Below are positions 46,093 to 55,989 of a stretch of 64,000 bases of DNA, in pieces (positions within the stretch are counted from its first letter, which is position 1; each line of letters opens with the position of its first letter). The notes under the pieces were generated by a model. That model saw only the letters and a program-made list of their open reading frames with translations. It did no database searches and had not been told where the DNA came from. The stretch spans positions 2,071-66,070 of the forward strand of contig JAZRFC010000048.1 in assembly GCA_045661145.1 (NCBI GenBank), read 5' to 3'. Origin of the DNA: Clostridia bacterium. Its GTDB lineage: Bacteria; Bacillota; Clostridia; UMGS1883. Made by a program: the position numbers and the translations under genes.

Positions 46093-47645
46093 GTTTGCCC
46101 GAAAAAGTATTGAAAAAACTTAATACACATGTCTTGCCCGAATGGAAGGTTTGCTTTATTTCAGCTCTTTTGGTTGGATTATTTGCCCATTTATACAAGA
46201 TAACAAATTGGCTTCCCAATTGGGATTCATTAGTGTTCAGGTATGATTCACAGAATATGATTACTCTTGGAAGATGGTTTTTGCCTGTTGTCTGCTCGCT
46301 TAGCTCGTTTTATGACCTGCCGTTTTTAAACGGTATAATTGCAATTATTTTTCACGCGTTGAGTGCCGTGTGTATTTGCAGGATACTTAATGTACAGAAA
46401 AAAATTACCGCAGGCTTAATAGGTGCAGTTATCGTTTCGTTTCCGACGGTTACTTCGGTTATGATGTATAACTATGTGGCTGACGGTTACAGTATTGCAT
46501 TCTTCCTTTCAACTCTTGCGGCACTGTATATGACGAAAGAAAAACCGAGGTATCTTCTCTCAGCGGTACTTATTGCTTTATCAACGGGGATTTATCAGGC
46601 GTACATAACCGTTACAATAATGCTTGTTTTACTCCATTTAACAGATGAAATGATTTTCAGTAACACCTCTTTTCGGGTTATTTTGAAAAAGGCTGTGTGT
46701 ATGCTTTTATCGGGAGTTTCAGGTGTAGCATTATACAGCATTATACTTAAAGTAACTCTTGGTCTCTTTTCTGTAGAATTGCTTGATTATCAGGGAGCTA
46801 ATGATGCGGCATCACTTTCAAATATAGATATACTTGCTTCGCTTTACGTTGTTAAAGAAACCTTTATTAAATGCTTCTTTGATTTATCGGGCGGTGTAAA
46901 TGTATATATTGTACTTAATACCGCTATATTGATTTTTACACTCGTGTATTACCTTAAAGGTGTAATAAAGAACAGACTCTATAAAAATCCTGCAAACATC
47001 TTTATGATTATTATTTTGAGTGTTTTGCTCATATTTGGAGCAGGAGCACTTGCTTTTATAAATGCAGGTGTTGACTATCACAACCTGATGCTTATGGGAT
47101 ATGTTGTATTCTATTTGTTTTTCCTGATAATTTATGAAAGAGGGGAAGAAGCAAAGGAAAAACATACTGCTATCAAATGCTGGAGTGTACTTATAACAGC
47201 AGTTGTAATCATCGCAAATCAGGTTGTCATATCGAATGTAAGCTACCATAAAGCACAGATAGCTTATGAAAAGTCCTATGGGGTTTTGATGCGTATAGCA
47301 GACCGTATAGAACAGACCTCGGGAGCCGCAGATTGTGACAAAATTCTTGTAATCGGTGCTCTTGATAACAGTGACGCATACAGCGTTAATCTCACACCTG
47401 ATATTACGGGAATAACAGATGGATATATAATCCGTGCAGATGATGAAACAGTGGGACAAAGTGTATTCTGCAGTGCTGTTAACGATTACTGCGGTAAGAA
47501 TTACGAATTTGTAAGCGGTAAAGAAAAGAAAAAAATTACTCAAAGAGAAGATGTTAAATCTATGGGAAAATGGCCGTCAGAGGATTGTGTGGCAATCATA
47601 GATGATACAGTTGTTATTAAACTTGGTACAGAGGGTGAAAAGTAA
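46077..47645 (+). CDS. GtrII-type (Glucos_trans_II-like) polytopic membrane glycosyltransferase
   Basis: 522 aa with about 11 TM segments. The N-terminal HLYKITNWLPNWDSLVF motif is typical of glucosyltransferase-domain proteins. The start is uncertain. Confidence 0.65.
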   Translation: MAGVVSLPEKVLKKLNTHVLPEWKVCFISALLVGLFAHLYKITNWLPNWDSLVFRYDSQNMITLGRWFLPVVCSLSSFYDLPFLNGIIAIIFHALSAVCICRILNVQKKITAGLIGAVIVSFPTVTSVMMYNYVADGYSIAFFLSTLAALYMTKEKPRYLLSAVLIALSTGIYQAYITVTIMLVLLHLTDEMIFSNTSFRVILKKAVCMLLSGVSGVALYSIILKVTLGLFSVELLDYQGANDAASLSNIDILASLYVVKETFIKCFFDLSGGVNVYIVLNTAILIFTLVYYLKGVIKNRLYKNPANIFMIIILSVLLIFGAGALAFINAGVDYHNLMLMGYVVFYLFFLIIYERGEEAKEKHTAIKCWSVLITAVVIIANQVVISNVSYHKAQIAYEKSYGVLMRIADRIEQTSGAADCDKILVIGALDNSDAYSVNLTPDITGITDGYIIRADDETVGQSVFCSAVNDYCGKNYEFVSGKEKKKITQREDVKSMGKWPSEDCVAIIDDTVVIKLGTEGEK

Positions 47646-48506
47646 GTGATATATTTTTGTGCTGACGATTATGGTCTGAATGATATATCATCATTGCATA
47701 TACAGGAGTGTATCGATAAAGGTGCACTTAATAAGGTTAGTGTGTTTCCCAATTTTGAACAAGTTGATTTGGGCAAAATATCAGAAAATAAAAACATCAG
47801 AATTTCTCTGCACTTAAACCTTGTTGAGGGGAAGTGTATGGCAGAGGCAGGCGAAATAAATCTGCTTGCAGACGAAAACGGGAATTTTAAGCATACCTTT
47901 GTAGGTCTTTTTAAACTCAGTTTATTTCACAGAAAAAAACTTGAGGAGGAAGCGTATAAAGAAATCAAGGCACAGGTTTTATTCTGGAAAAGCATTTTGC
48001 CGGAGGATATACCTTTTTGTATCGACGGCCATCAGCATACTCATATGATTCCGGCTGTGTTTAAAGCCCTGATTAGAGTTTTAAGTGATGAAAAAATCAA
48101 TTTAAAATATATGCGGATTCCGGCAGAACCGATTTTGCCGTATATAAAAACACCATCTCTTTATTTTACATACAGTGCAGTAAATATTATTAAACAATGG
48201 CTTCTTAAATTCTTGTGGCTGATTAATAAAAATCAGTCAGGAAAATACAAAATACCAACATCGCATTTTATGGGAATCCTTTTTTCGGGAAATATGGATG
48301 AAAAAAGAGTAAAAAAAATCCTGCCAAAATACATTAAAATGGCAGAAAAAGACGGCAGGGATATAGAAGTGTTATTCCATCCCGGATATATTGACAAGGA
48401 TGAATTTAAATACGAAAATATAGCTTTTAAGGATTTTTATTTATCGGAAAACAGAAAAACAGAATTTGATTCTGTAATGAAAATATTAGAAAGAAGTGTG
48501 CTGTAA
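47646..48506 (+). CDS. ChbG/HpnK (YdjC-like) carbohydrate deacetylase
   Basis: MIYFCADDYGLN...HLNLVEGK...DGHQHTHMIP. Confidence 0.8.
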   Translation: MIYFCADDYGLNDISSLHIQECIDKGALNKVSVFPNFEQVDLGKISENKNIRISLHLNLVEGKCMAEAGEINLLADENGNFKHTFVGLFKLSLFHRKKLEEEAYKEIKAQVLFWKSILPEDIPFCIDGHQHTHMIPAVFKALIRVLSDEKINLKYMRIPAEPILPYIKTPSLYFTYSAVNIIKQWLLKFLWLINKNQSGKYKIPTSHFMGILFSGNMDEKRVKKILPKYIKMAEKDGRDIEVLFHPGYIDKDEFKYENIAFKDFYLSENRKTEFDSVMKILERSVL

Positions 48507-49186
48507 TGCCCTATATTGATCAGGACAAGGTTGACGCTAAAACAAGAGAAAAATTGGAAGCAATTATCGAAAAATCATACGCCACCTTTTGGAGGGGGAA
48601 AAGACTTTTTGACATCTTTTTTGCTACACTGATTTTGTTGTTTTTCTTACCTTTGATGGCTGTAATTGCCATTGTGATTGTAATTGATGACCCCAGCGCC
48701 GGGCCTTTCTACAAGCAGATAAGAATAGGCCGTCACGGAAAAGAGTTTTATATGTACAAGTTCAGAACTATGCGTGCAAATGCCGACAAAATGATTGAAG
48801 AGCTTGCAAAACAGAACGAAATGGACGGCCCCGTATTTAAAATGAAAGAGGACCCCCGTATAACAAGAGTTGGCAAATATTTAAGAAAGCTTTCTCTTGA
48901 CGAGCTTATGCAGTTTTTTAATGTTCTTAAGGGAGATATGACCCTTGTAGGTCCGAGACCTCCGCTTCCGAGAGAGGTTCAGTATTATACTGATTATCAA
49001 AGACTCAGACTTCTTGTTACTCCCGGACTTACCTGCACATGGCAGATTTCCAAAAACAGAAATGACATCCCCTTTGAACAGTGGGTTGAAATGGATATTG
49101 AATACATACAGACAAGAACGTATCTTAATGATATAAAAATTATGCTTAAAACACCGATAGTTATGCTTACCGCTACCGGACGATAA
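48506..49186 (+). CDS. Undecaprenyl-phosphate sugar phosphotransferase (bacterial sugar transferase; initiating enzyme)
   Basis: 226 aa with KRLFDIFFA..., PFYKQIRIGRHGKEFYMYKFRTM, DELMQFFNVLKGDMTLVGPRP. Confidence 0.9.
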   Translation: MPYIDQDKVDAKTREKLEAIIEKSYATFWRGKRLFDIFFATLILLFFLPLMAVIAIVIVIDDPSAGPFYKQIRIGRHGKEFYMYKFRTMRANADKMIEELAKQNEMDGPVFKMKEDPRITRVGKYLRKLSLDELMQFFNVLKGDMTLVGPRPPLPREVQYYTDYQRLRLLVTPGLTCTWQISKNRNDIPFEQWVEMDIEYIQTRTYLNDIKIMLKTPIVMLTATGR

Positions 49187-49206
49187 CGGAAATTGGGGTG
49201 AAGAAA

Positions 49207-50325
49207 ATGAAAGTTGCTATGATTGGGCACAAGGTTGTTCCGTCAAGACGAGGCGGAATAGAAAATGTTCTTACAACACTATGTCCGATGCTTTGTGAAA
49301 TGGGACTTGACGTAACCTGTTACAATCGTTCATCGGATAAGGTTGAAAATGAATATGTGGGAACCGTTAAGAACAATATGTACAAGGGTGTTAAAATCAA
49401 AAATGCATGGACACTCAATTTTCGGGGATTTGCTGCAATGATAGCATCATTCACAGCGGCAATATCAGCTTCCTTTGGGGACTATGATGTTGTTCATTTT
49501 CATGCGGAGGGTCCCTGTGCAGCGCTCTGGATTCCAAAGCTTTTCGGGAAAAAATGTGTTGCCACGGTTCACGGGCTTGATTGGCAGAGAGAAAAATGGG
49601 GCAAGGGTTTTGCATCAAAGTACATAAAATTCGGCGAAAAAATTCTTGCCAAATATGCAGACGAGGTTATTGTGTTAAGTCAGGCAGCTTATGACTATTT
49701 CAAGGAAACGTATAACCGTGAAACGACTATTATCCATAACGGAATAAGCCGCCCTAAGAGAAAAGATGCGGAGATTATTACAGAAAAGTACGGGCTTACA
49801 AAAGGAAGCTATATAACTGTTGTTTCAAGGCTGACTGCCGAAAAAGGTATTCACTATCTTATTGATGCGTACAGCAAAATCACAACCGATAAAAAGCTTG
49901 TTATTGCAGGAGATACAAGCGATACCGATGATTATGTGAGAATGCTTAAGGAAAAAGCGGAGGGAAATCCCAATATTATTTTTACAGGGTTTATATCAGG
50001 TGATATTTTAAACGAAATATATTCAAATGCCTATATAAACGTATTACCCTCCGACCTTGAAGGAATGTCATTATGTCTTTTGGAGTCGCTTGCATATAGG
50101 AATGCACTCTTGTGCTCGGATATTCCCGAAAACAGTGCAGTTGCTGAAGACAAGGCAATCTACTTTAAGAAAGGGAACATAGACGATCTGGCTGAAAAAC
50201 TTCAGATGCTGTGTGATGACAGCCAGCTTGTTGAAAAACTGAGAGACGGTGCAGACGAATTTATTTTAAACAAATACAGCTGGCAGGATGTTGCAGAGGC
50301 AACCTGCAGGCTTTATGAAAAATAA
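49207..50325 (+). CDS. GT4-family glycosyltransferase
   Basis: N-terminal MKVAMIGHKVVPSRRGGIE. The C-terminal E-x7-E region reads EGMSLCLLESLAY. Confidence 0.85.
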   Translation: MKVAMIGHKVVPSRRGGIENVLTTLCPMLCEMGLDVTCYNRSSDKVENEYVGTVKNNMYKGVKIKNAWTLNFRGFAAMIASFTAAISASFGDYDVVHFHAEGPCAALWIPKLFGKKCVATVHGLDWQREKWGKGFASKYIKFGEKILAKYADEVIVLSQAAYDYFKETYNRETTIIHNGISRPKRKDAEIITEKYGLTKGSYITVVSRLTAEKGIHYLIDAYSKITTDKKLVIAGDTSDTDDYVRMLKEKAEGNPNIIFTGFISGDILNEIYSNAYINVLPSDLEGMSLCLLESLAYRNALLCSDIPENSAVAEDKAIYFKKGNIDDLAEKLQMLCDDSQLVEKLRDGADEFILNKYSWQDVAEATCRLYEK

Positions 50326-50403
50326 GCCGGAAGCGAATAATCCGAACCCGCCTGAAACAGCGTTGTTTCGGTATATTTCGGCTAAAGTAAAGGTTTGGTT
50401 AAT

Positions 50404-51405
50404 ATGGTTAAGAAAATAAGAATATTTAAAAAGAATATTTACGAAGCTTTAAGCCCCGCAATGAAAAAGAATATCAGGGCTCTTAAATTTTTTGCTATCG
50501 GTATGATTTTTGTTTGTATCGCAACAGCTATAATTGTTATTATGTGCAGTTATATCGGTAACAGAAATTTCAGAGAAACCTTTTACAGTGCAAGCAGTAT
50601 CAAGGTTGACAGCCCTGTGCGTGTCATTCAATTATCAGATTTACACGGCTCGTCTTACGGAAAAAACAACAAAAAGCTCCTGGAACGTGTTAAAGCTCTG
50701 GAGCCTGACATAATAATCTGCACGGGCGATATGGTGGATTCTGCGAAGGAGGATGTTGATTTTGCGGTGTCTTTAGGGGAAGAGCTGTCAAAGATTGCTC
50801 CCTCATACTATGTATACGGCAATAATGAAGTGGAAACCATCTATGATTTCCCGCTTAACGAAAAAGAACTTGATAAGAAATTCGGATTTGATAAAAATAA
50901 CCGTGATGAAACCGCACTTTTAAAACTTGAGGACTCTTTTGAAGAAAAGCTTGAAAATGCAGGGATAAAGGTTCTCAAAAACGAAAAGGACACAATAAAG
51001 GTAAAAACCATGTCAATTGATGTGTACGGGGTTTTAAACTCAAATCCCTCTTCATTCTGGTCTTATTCGGAAAAAGCCTTTTTCGATTATATTTATGAAA
51101 ATCCAGATAATCTTAAAATTACAGCAGTACACGAGCCTTTCATTTTTGAAGAGTTCCAACCTGAATTCTGGGGTGATTTACTGCTCTCAGGACATACCCA
51201 CGGCGGAGTTATGCGTATCCCCGTACTCGGTCCTTTGTTTACACGGGAGGGCGGTTTGTTCCCCGAACGAAACGGTAAGTTTGTTTACGGAAGATATGAA
51301 GCCGCAGGAAAGCTTTTAATCGTGAGTGGAGGACTTGAAAATTCAAATGTTTTTCGTATAAACAATCAGCCGGAATTGGTTGTTATCGATATTAACAAAT
51401 TTTAA
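50404..51405 (+). CDS. Membrane-anchored metallophosphoesterase
   Basis: LSDLHG, GDMVD, GNNE and GHTHGG motifs after an N-terminal TM helix. Confidence 0.8.
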   Translation: MVKKIRIFKKNIYEALSPAMKKNIRALKFFAIGMIFVCIATAIIVIMCSYIGNRNFRETFYSASSIKVDSPVRVIQLSDLHGSSYGKNNKKLLERVKALEPDIIICTGDMVDSAKEDVDFAVSLGEELSKIAPSYYVYGNNEVETIYDFPLNEKELDKKFGFDKNNRDETALLKLEDSFEEKLENAGIKVLKNEKDTIKVKTMSIDVYGVLNSNPSSFWSYSEKAFFDYIYENPDNLKITAVHEPFIFEEFQPEFWGDLLLSGHTHGGVMRIPVLGPLFTREGGLFPERNGKFVYGRYEAAGKLLIVSGGLENSNVFRINNQPELVVIDINKF

Positions 51406-51425
51406 TTTTGGGAGGGATACGGACA

Positions 51426-52787
51426 ATGTTTAATGTACTTCAAAAATTAATTATTTTAATTATCGGCGTGTTGTTTGCAACTGCAGTAACAACAATATTT
51501 TTCCGTTCTAAAAATATTAATCGCACAGAACGTACTCAGATTTTCAAAACCGCGGAATATTTTAATGCATGGATAATCCTGATATGCTTTATTGTCACTA
51601 TGATGTATGGAATTTTTAATCATTTTGAACTTAAAAAGTCCGTTCATGCAATCGTTTCTTTGAATTATTCTGAAGCCTCGCAGGCACTCAATTCCAACGG
51701 AACAAGATACAATATGGCAGAAATTATCAGTGACGAGGTTGTGGAAAGAGCTATAAAAAAAGGTGCTCTCCAGGATGTAACGGTAAAACAGCTCAAAAAC
51801 TGCCTTGTAGTTTATCCTTGTGTGCAGGGCGGTGTCGGCGATGAATCGCAGTATCATATTTCCACAGAGTTTGCGGTGGAATACCACGCCTCAAAAGACA
51901 CAGCGCATCTTGATTCGGAAAATGTTATTAAACTGATAACTTCGGCATACAAAGAATACTATATAGGAAAATATACCGATAATTTCAGCCTTGATACCGA
52001 AGTACCTGATTTTAACGAAATGGAGTATATGGATATAGTGTCCTATCTCGATAAGGAAACACAGGCTATTTTGAATTATCTCTATGGTATGGCAGGAAAA
52101 AATCCGAGCTTCGTTACGGAAAACGGAAGCACCTTCAATTCCATTGCAGGAAAGGTGCATCAGTTCAAGGAAACCCAGATAAATCAGAATTTAAAATCTC
52201 TCATTCTGCAAAACGGTATTGCAAGAGATAAAGACGGGTATGTTGACAGATTGTCATATCATAATAAAAATGTAGATTTTGACCGTCGGAAAAACGATGC
52301 ATCCTATAAGCTTTGCAATCAGGCAATTGATATGTACAGCGAGGAAATGACAAGAGTAGTGCTTGTTCCTACATGGGATCAGGCGGGCAAATACTACATG
52401 GGCAGAACGAAAGTCGGTGTCGATGAGCTGTCTGTTATGGCGACGGATTTCAGTAATTATGTTGCATCCAATGAAAAAGAAATTATGGATAATAAATTGG
52501 TGATTGATAAAATTTCTTCAAGCAGTCAGGCATCACAGCTTTATGTGTCCGCAGATTCTCTTATAGATTCTGTTTATGAGAGTATCAAGGGCTTTGAAAA
52601 AGAAGCAATAAGTGCAGGAAGAGAATATTTCCGTCACAAGATGAATCAGTGTATTGCGGTAAGTATTTACGGAATTTCGCTTATGAGTGAACTTAAAACA
52701 CTTATCATATTTGCGGCTTTTGCATACGTGTCGCTTATACTTTATCGGATTTCCAGAAAATTCGATAAAAAGGGAGGATGGCAATGA
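51426..52787 (+). CDS. Hypothetical bitopic membrane protein, possibly a second co-polymerase (PCP/Wzz-like)
   Basis: It has N-terminal TM helices, a ~350 aa extracytoplasmic region (MAEIISDEVVERAIKKGAL resembles the PCP motif) and a C-terminal TM helix. Its stop overlaps the next start (ATGA). Confidence 0.5.
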   Translation: MFNVLQKLIILIIGVLFATAVTTIFFRSKNINRTERTQIFKTAEYFNAWIILICFIVTMMYGIFNHFELKKSVHAIVSLNYSEASQALNSNGTRYNMAEIISDEVVERAIKKGALQDVTVKQLKNCLVVYPCVQGGVGDESQYHISTEFAVEYHASKDTAHLDSENVIKLITSAYKEYYIGKYTDNFSLDTEVPDFNEMEYMDIVSYLDKETQAILNYLYGMAGKNPSFVTENGSTFNSIAGKVHQFKETQINQNLKSLILQNGIARDKDGYVDRLSYHNKNVDFDRRKNDASYKLCNQAIDMYSEEMTRVVLVPTWDQAGKYYMGRTKVGVDELSVMATDFSNYVASNEKEIMDNKLVIDKISSSSQASQLYVSADSLIDSVYESIKGFEKEAISAGREYFRHKMNQCIAVSIYGISLMSELKTLIIFAAFAYVSLILYRISRKFDKKGGWQ

Positions 52788-54649
52788 AAAACTTTCAGAT
52801 TTTAAGATATTTAAAAAAGCTTTTACCCGTCATTGTCGTTTTTTGCCTTTTGGCAACCTATGCTGTTTATTTTAAACTTTCAACATCGAATACATATATA
52901 GCATCTGAGGTTATCCATTATAACGATGAACAGGCGGAAAAAGGTCTTGCACCAACGGGGGATAAGCTGGACGTAAACGAAATCAAATCCTCTGCAGTAA
53001 TGTCAAAAGTGGTTGATAAAATGGGACTTACAGGTATTTATTCGGTTGACAGTCTTATTTCAAGAATTAACATTACCCCTATCGAGGATAAGGATAAGGT
53101 AGCGCAGAAAGATGCAAAGCTTGAAGAAGGCGAAGAATATATATATAAGCCAAGCACATTTATTGTTTCCTTTTCTTCAACAAGCGGTGAGGGACCTGAT
53201 TTTGCAAGAACAATACTTGATGAAACGCTGGACGTTTATTTTGAGCAGTTCAGTCAGAAGTATGTAAATGTAGCTCCTGCAAACAATACTATCGAAAACC
53301 TCAATAAAAATGATTACGATTTTATTGAAATGATGGAGCTCATTGATACAAGTATTGACAACACTCTCACAACCTTGTACCAGAGAATGGAGCAGAACAA
53401 TTATTACAGAGCAACCGAAACAGGCGTGTCGTTTGCCGAGCTTGTGGATGGATTTAACTATTTAAGGCAGGTTAAGGTTTCTGCCCTTTTCTCAAAGATT
53501 TATAAGTATCAGATTACAAAAAATAAGGAAGTCCTCGTTTCTGACTATACAACAAGAATAGACAATAACAATATCTCCAATGCAAAGGACGAAAGTATTG
53601 TCGAGGATGTTGTTACTGTAATAAATGCCTATGTCAAAAAAATGAGAGAGTCGGGGAACACAAATATAAGCTATGAATACATTCTTGATAATCTCCATGA
53701 GAGAAATCTGCAGGATTATGTCGGAGACCAGACTGTAACCTATGATGAATTGATTTATAGCTGGAGGGACCGTAACGAAAGTAAAGAGCACGCAATTATT
53801 GACTCTGCATACTGCAATTATATTTTAAATACATTTACTTCCTGTACGGGTAATTGCAGGGGTGCCTGCAAATCCTCTGACTTGACCTGCGCGGAGCTTA
53901 GTAATAAAGAATATGCAGATATAAGAGAAGATGTTGAGCATGAAATTGATACACTTCTTAATGAGCTGTCTGTTCTTTACGACACAACAATGAAAACCAA
54001 TGATGAATACAACAAATACCTTGGTGCCAGCTATATTTCGGTATTGTCATCGGCATCTGTAAGGGAAAGCGTTAATGTACCCCTTTATACAGCAATTGCA
54101 TTTTTCTTCCTTATGGTTCTTTGTTGCGGAGGTGCAATTATGCTGGTAAGAACGGGAGAGATAGTAAACTACATTTTCTATACAGACCATCTTACAGAAT
54201 TTAATAACAGGGCATATCTTGACAAATACTTAAAATCCAAGGACAAAAAGCTTCTTGATGACGGCGTTGTGTACTGTATGGTTGATATATCCAATCTGAT
54301 ACACATCAACACCGAGTATTCGAGAGATGCGGGTGACGATATTATAAAGATGTTCACAAGCTACATAAAAGAATCCTTTGGCAAATCCAGAACTGAGTAC
54401 ATTTATAATGGAAACGGCAGTTTTGTTATGCTGACAGAAGAGTCTGATTACATTACCGTTGAAGATATAATGAGACTTTTCAGACTCAGACTTGATGAAA
54501 GAGAAGAACGCAGAGAAATTGTTATCGAATATAAGATTGGTATTGCCGAAACCTTTAAAGAAAATAAAACGGCAAGAAAATTGCTCTCGGAGGCAATCGA
54601 AAATAAAAAGAACTATATTTCAGATTTAAAAAGCAAAAGTTCATTGTAA
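52784..54649 (+). CDS. Wzz/PCP-like chain-length determinant fused to a degenerate cytoplasmic GGDEF domain
   Basis: The order is TM, long extracytoplasmic helical region (EIKSSAVMSKVVDKMGLTG), TM, then DHLTEFNNRAYL, VDISNLIHINTEYSRDAGDD and YNGNGSF in place of GGDEF. Confidence 0.7.
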   Translation: MKNFQILRYLKKLLPVIVVFCLLATYAVYFKLSTSNTYIASEVIHYNDEQAEKGLAPTGDKLDVNEIKSSAVMSKVVDKMGLTGIYSVDSLISRINITPIEDKDKVAQKDAKLEEGEEYIYKPSTFIVSFSSTSGEGPDFARTILDETLDVYFEQFSQKYVNVAPANNTIENLNKNDYDFIEMMELIDTSIDNTLTTLYQRMEQNNYYRATETGVSFAELVDGFNYLRQVKVSALFSKIYKYQITKNKEVLVSDYTTRIDNNNISNAKDESIVEDVVTVINAYVKKMRESGNTNISYEYILDNLHERNLQDYVGDQTVTYDELIYSWRDRNESKEHAIIDSAYCNYILNTFTSCTGNCRGACKSSDLTCAELSNKEYADIREDVEHEIDTLLNELSVLYDTTMKTNDEYNKYLGASYISVLSSASVRESVNVPLYTAIAFFFLMVLCCGGAIMLVRTGEIVNYIFYTDHLTEFNNRAYLDKYLKSKDKKLLDDGVVYCMVDISNLIHINTEYSRDAGDDIIKMFTSYIKESFGKSRTEYIYNGNGSFVMLTEESDYITVEDIMRLFRLRLDEREERREIVIEYKIGIAETFKENKTARKLLSEAIENKKNYISDLKSKSSL

Positions 54650-54684
54650 TCTTTTTCTAAAAAAGAAGGGAGGGCAGGGGCAAG

Positions 54685-55989
54685 GTGGAAAATAAAATTC
54701 TTGAAAGAGCAAAAGTGTTTTATTTTATGGTTGTAGCTGTAATGATGTACTATTTTCTCAATGAATACATTGACATAGGCCTGCACGTTACATACCGTCA
54801 TGCATTTGCCCTCGTTCTCTTCGGCTCTGCAACTCTTTTGTTTTTATATAAGCCTGATATTGCAAGAGGATTCACCGCTTTTAAGGAAGCGTGCATTTAC
54901 AGTGCCCCCCTATTAGTTACCACGATAGTTTCACTTTTTATATGGTTTGTGGAAACGGTAGACGTTGGTGTTATTTCAAGAGGTCTTTCAAGCTCCTTTG
55001 TATATGCCAATATGCTTTCATTTGCTTTGGGAGCAGGTGCTCTGCTTTATATTTTCGGAAGAAAAGGTATATGGTATAATCTTGTGGCTATTCTGATTGC
55101 AAATATTTTAATGATAGTTACGGTTATTGCACAGAACGGACTTGGAAGCTATCTTTCTGAATTTGTAACTCTTGTAACCACCTTTGCGGGCGTAACGGGA
55201 GATATTATTGTTCAGGCGGAAATTCACGAGCTTGCTTTTTGCCTTGGTGCATACCTCATTTATATGCTTTATAAACCGCAAAAAAACATAATATATTTTA
55301 TATTGCTTTTCTTAAGTCTTTTCTGTTTTTTATCGGCATTTAAGAGAATTGCAATAATTGCCATAGCAATAGCCCTTGTGTTTGGCTATCTTTTAAAATT
55401 TATTGCACGGTACAACAAGAAAACAGCAAGCAGACTCATTACAATCCTTACATTTCTTGTGGTTATTTTGCTTATAGGCTACATTGCCCTTATAAAGATG
55501 GATGCATTTGAGCTTCTTGAAAATGCAGGAATAAACACAAGCGGGCGTGTTGAGATTTATAATGCAGTAGATGAGTTTTATGAATTCAGCCCGAGCTTTT
55601 TGGGTAACGGAATCGGCTTTCTGACCTATCAGCTGAATACATTTATGAATGTCGGTGTTGCATCTGTTCATAATGACTTTCTTCAGCACTTCATTGATTT
55701 GGGTTTCTGGGGCTATATTATATGGCTTGTGTCTATGACTTTAGTCAGAGTGTGGTATTTCGGAAGGCACGGCAATGTGGAAAACGCCATTATTACATTT
55801 ATGCTTACCATGTATCTCATAGTTGTATCCAGCACAGACAACACTATGAACTATCCGCTCTTAACGGGGGTTCTTGCAATACTTATGATGGGAAACAACT
55901 ATGAGGAAAAGGTACGCCACAGTGAATATAAAATTTTTGGTTATGTTTCGGATGCCAACAAAAAAGAGGAAAGTGATTCATTGTTATGA
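54685..55989 (+). CDS. O-antigen ligase/polymerase family membrane protein (Wzy-like)
   Basis: 434 aa with about 10-12 TM segments and a large loop containing HNDFLQHFIDLGFWG. Confidence 0.75.
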   Translation: MENKILERAKVFYFMVVAVMMYYFLNEYIDIGLHVTYRHAFALVLFGSATLLFLYKPDIARGFTAFKEACIYSAPLLVTTIVSLFIWFVETVDVGVISRGLSSSFVYANMLSFALGAGALLYIFGRKGIWYNLVAILIANILMIVTVIAQNGLGSYLSEFVTLVTTFAGVTGDIIVQAEIHELAFCLGAYLIYMLYKPQKNIIYFILLFLSLFCFLSAFKRIAIIAIAIALVFGYLLKFIARYNKKTASRLITILTFLVVILLIGYIALIKMDAFELLENAGINTSGRVEIYNAVDEFYEFSPSFLGNGIGFLTYQLNTFMNVGVASVHNDFLQHFIDLGFWGYIIWLVSMTLVRVWYFGRHGNVENAIITFMLTMYLIVVSSTDNTMNYPLLTGVLAILMMGNNYEEKVRHSEYKIFGYVSDANKKEESDSLL

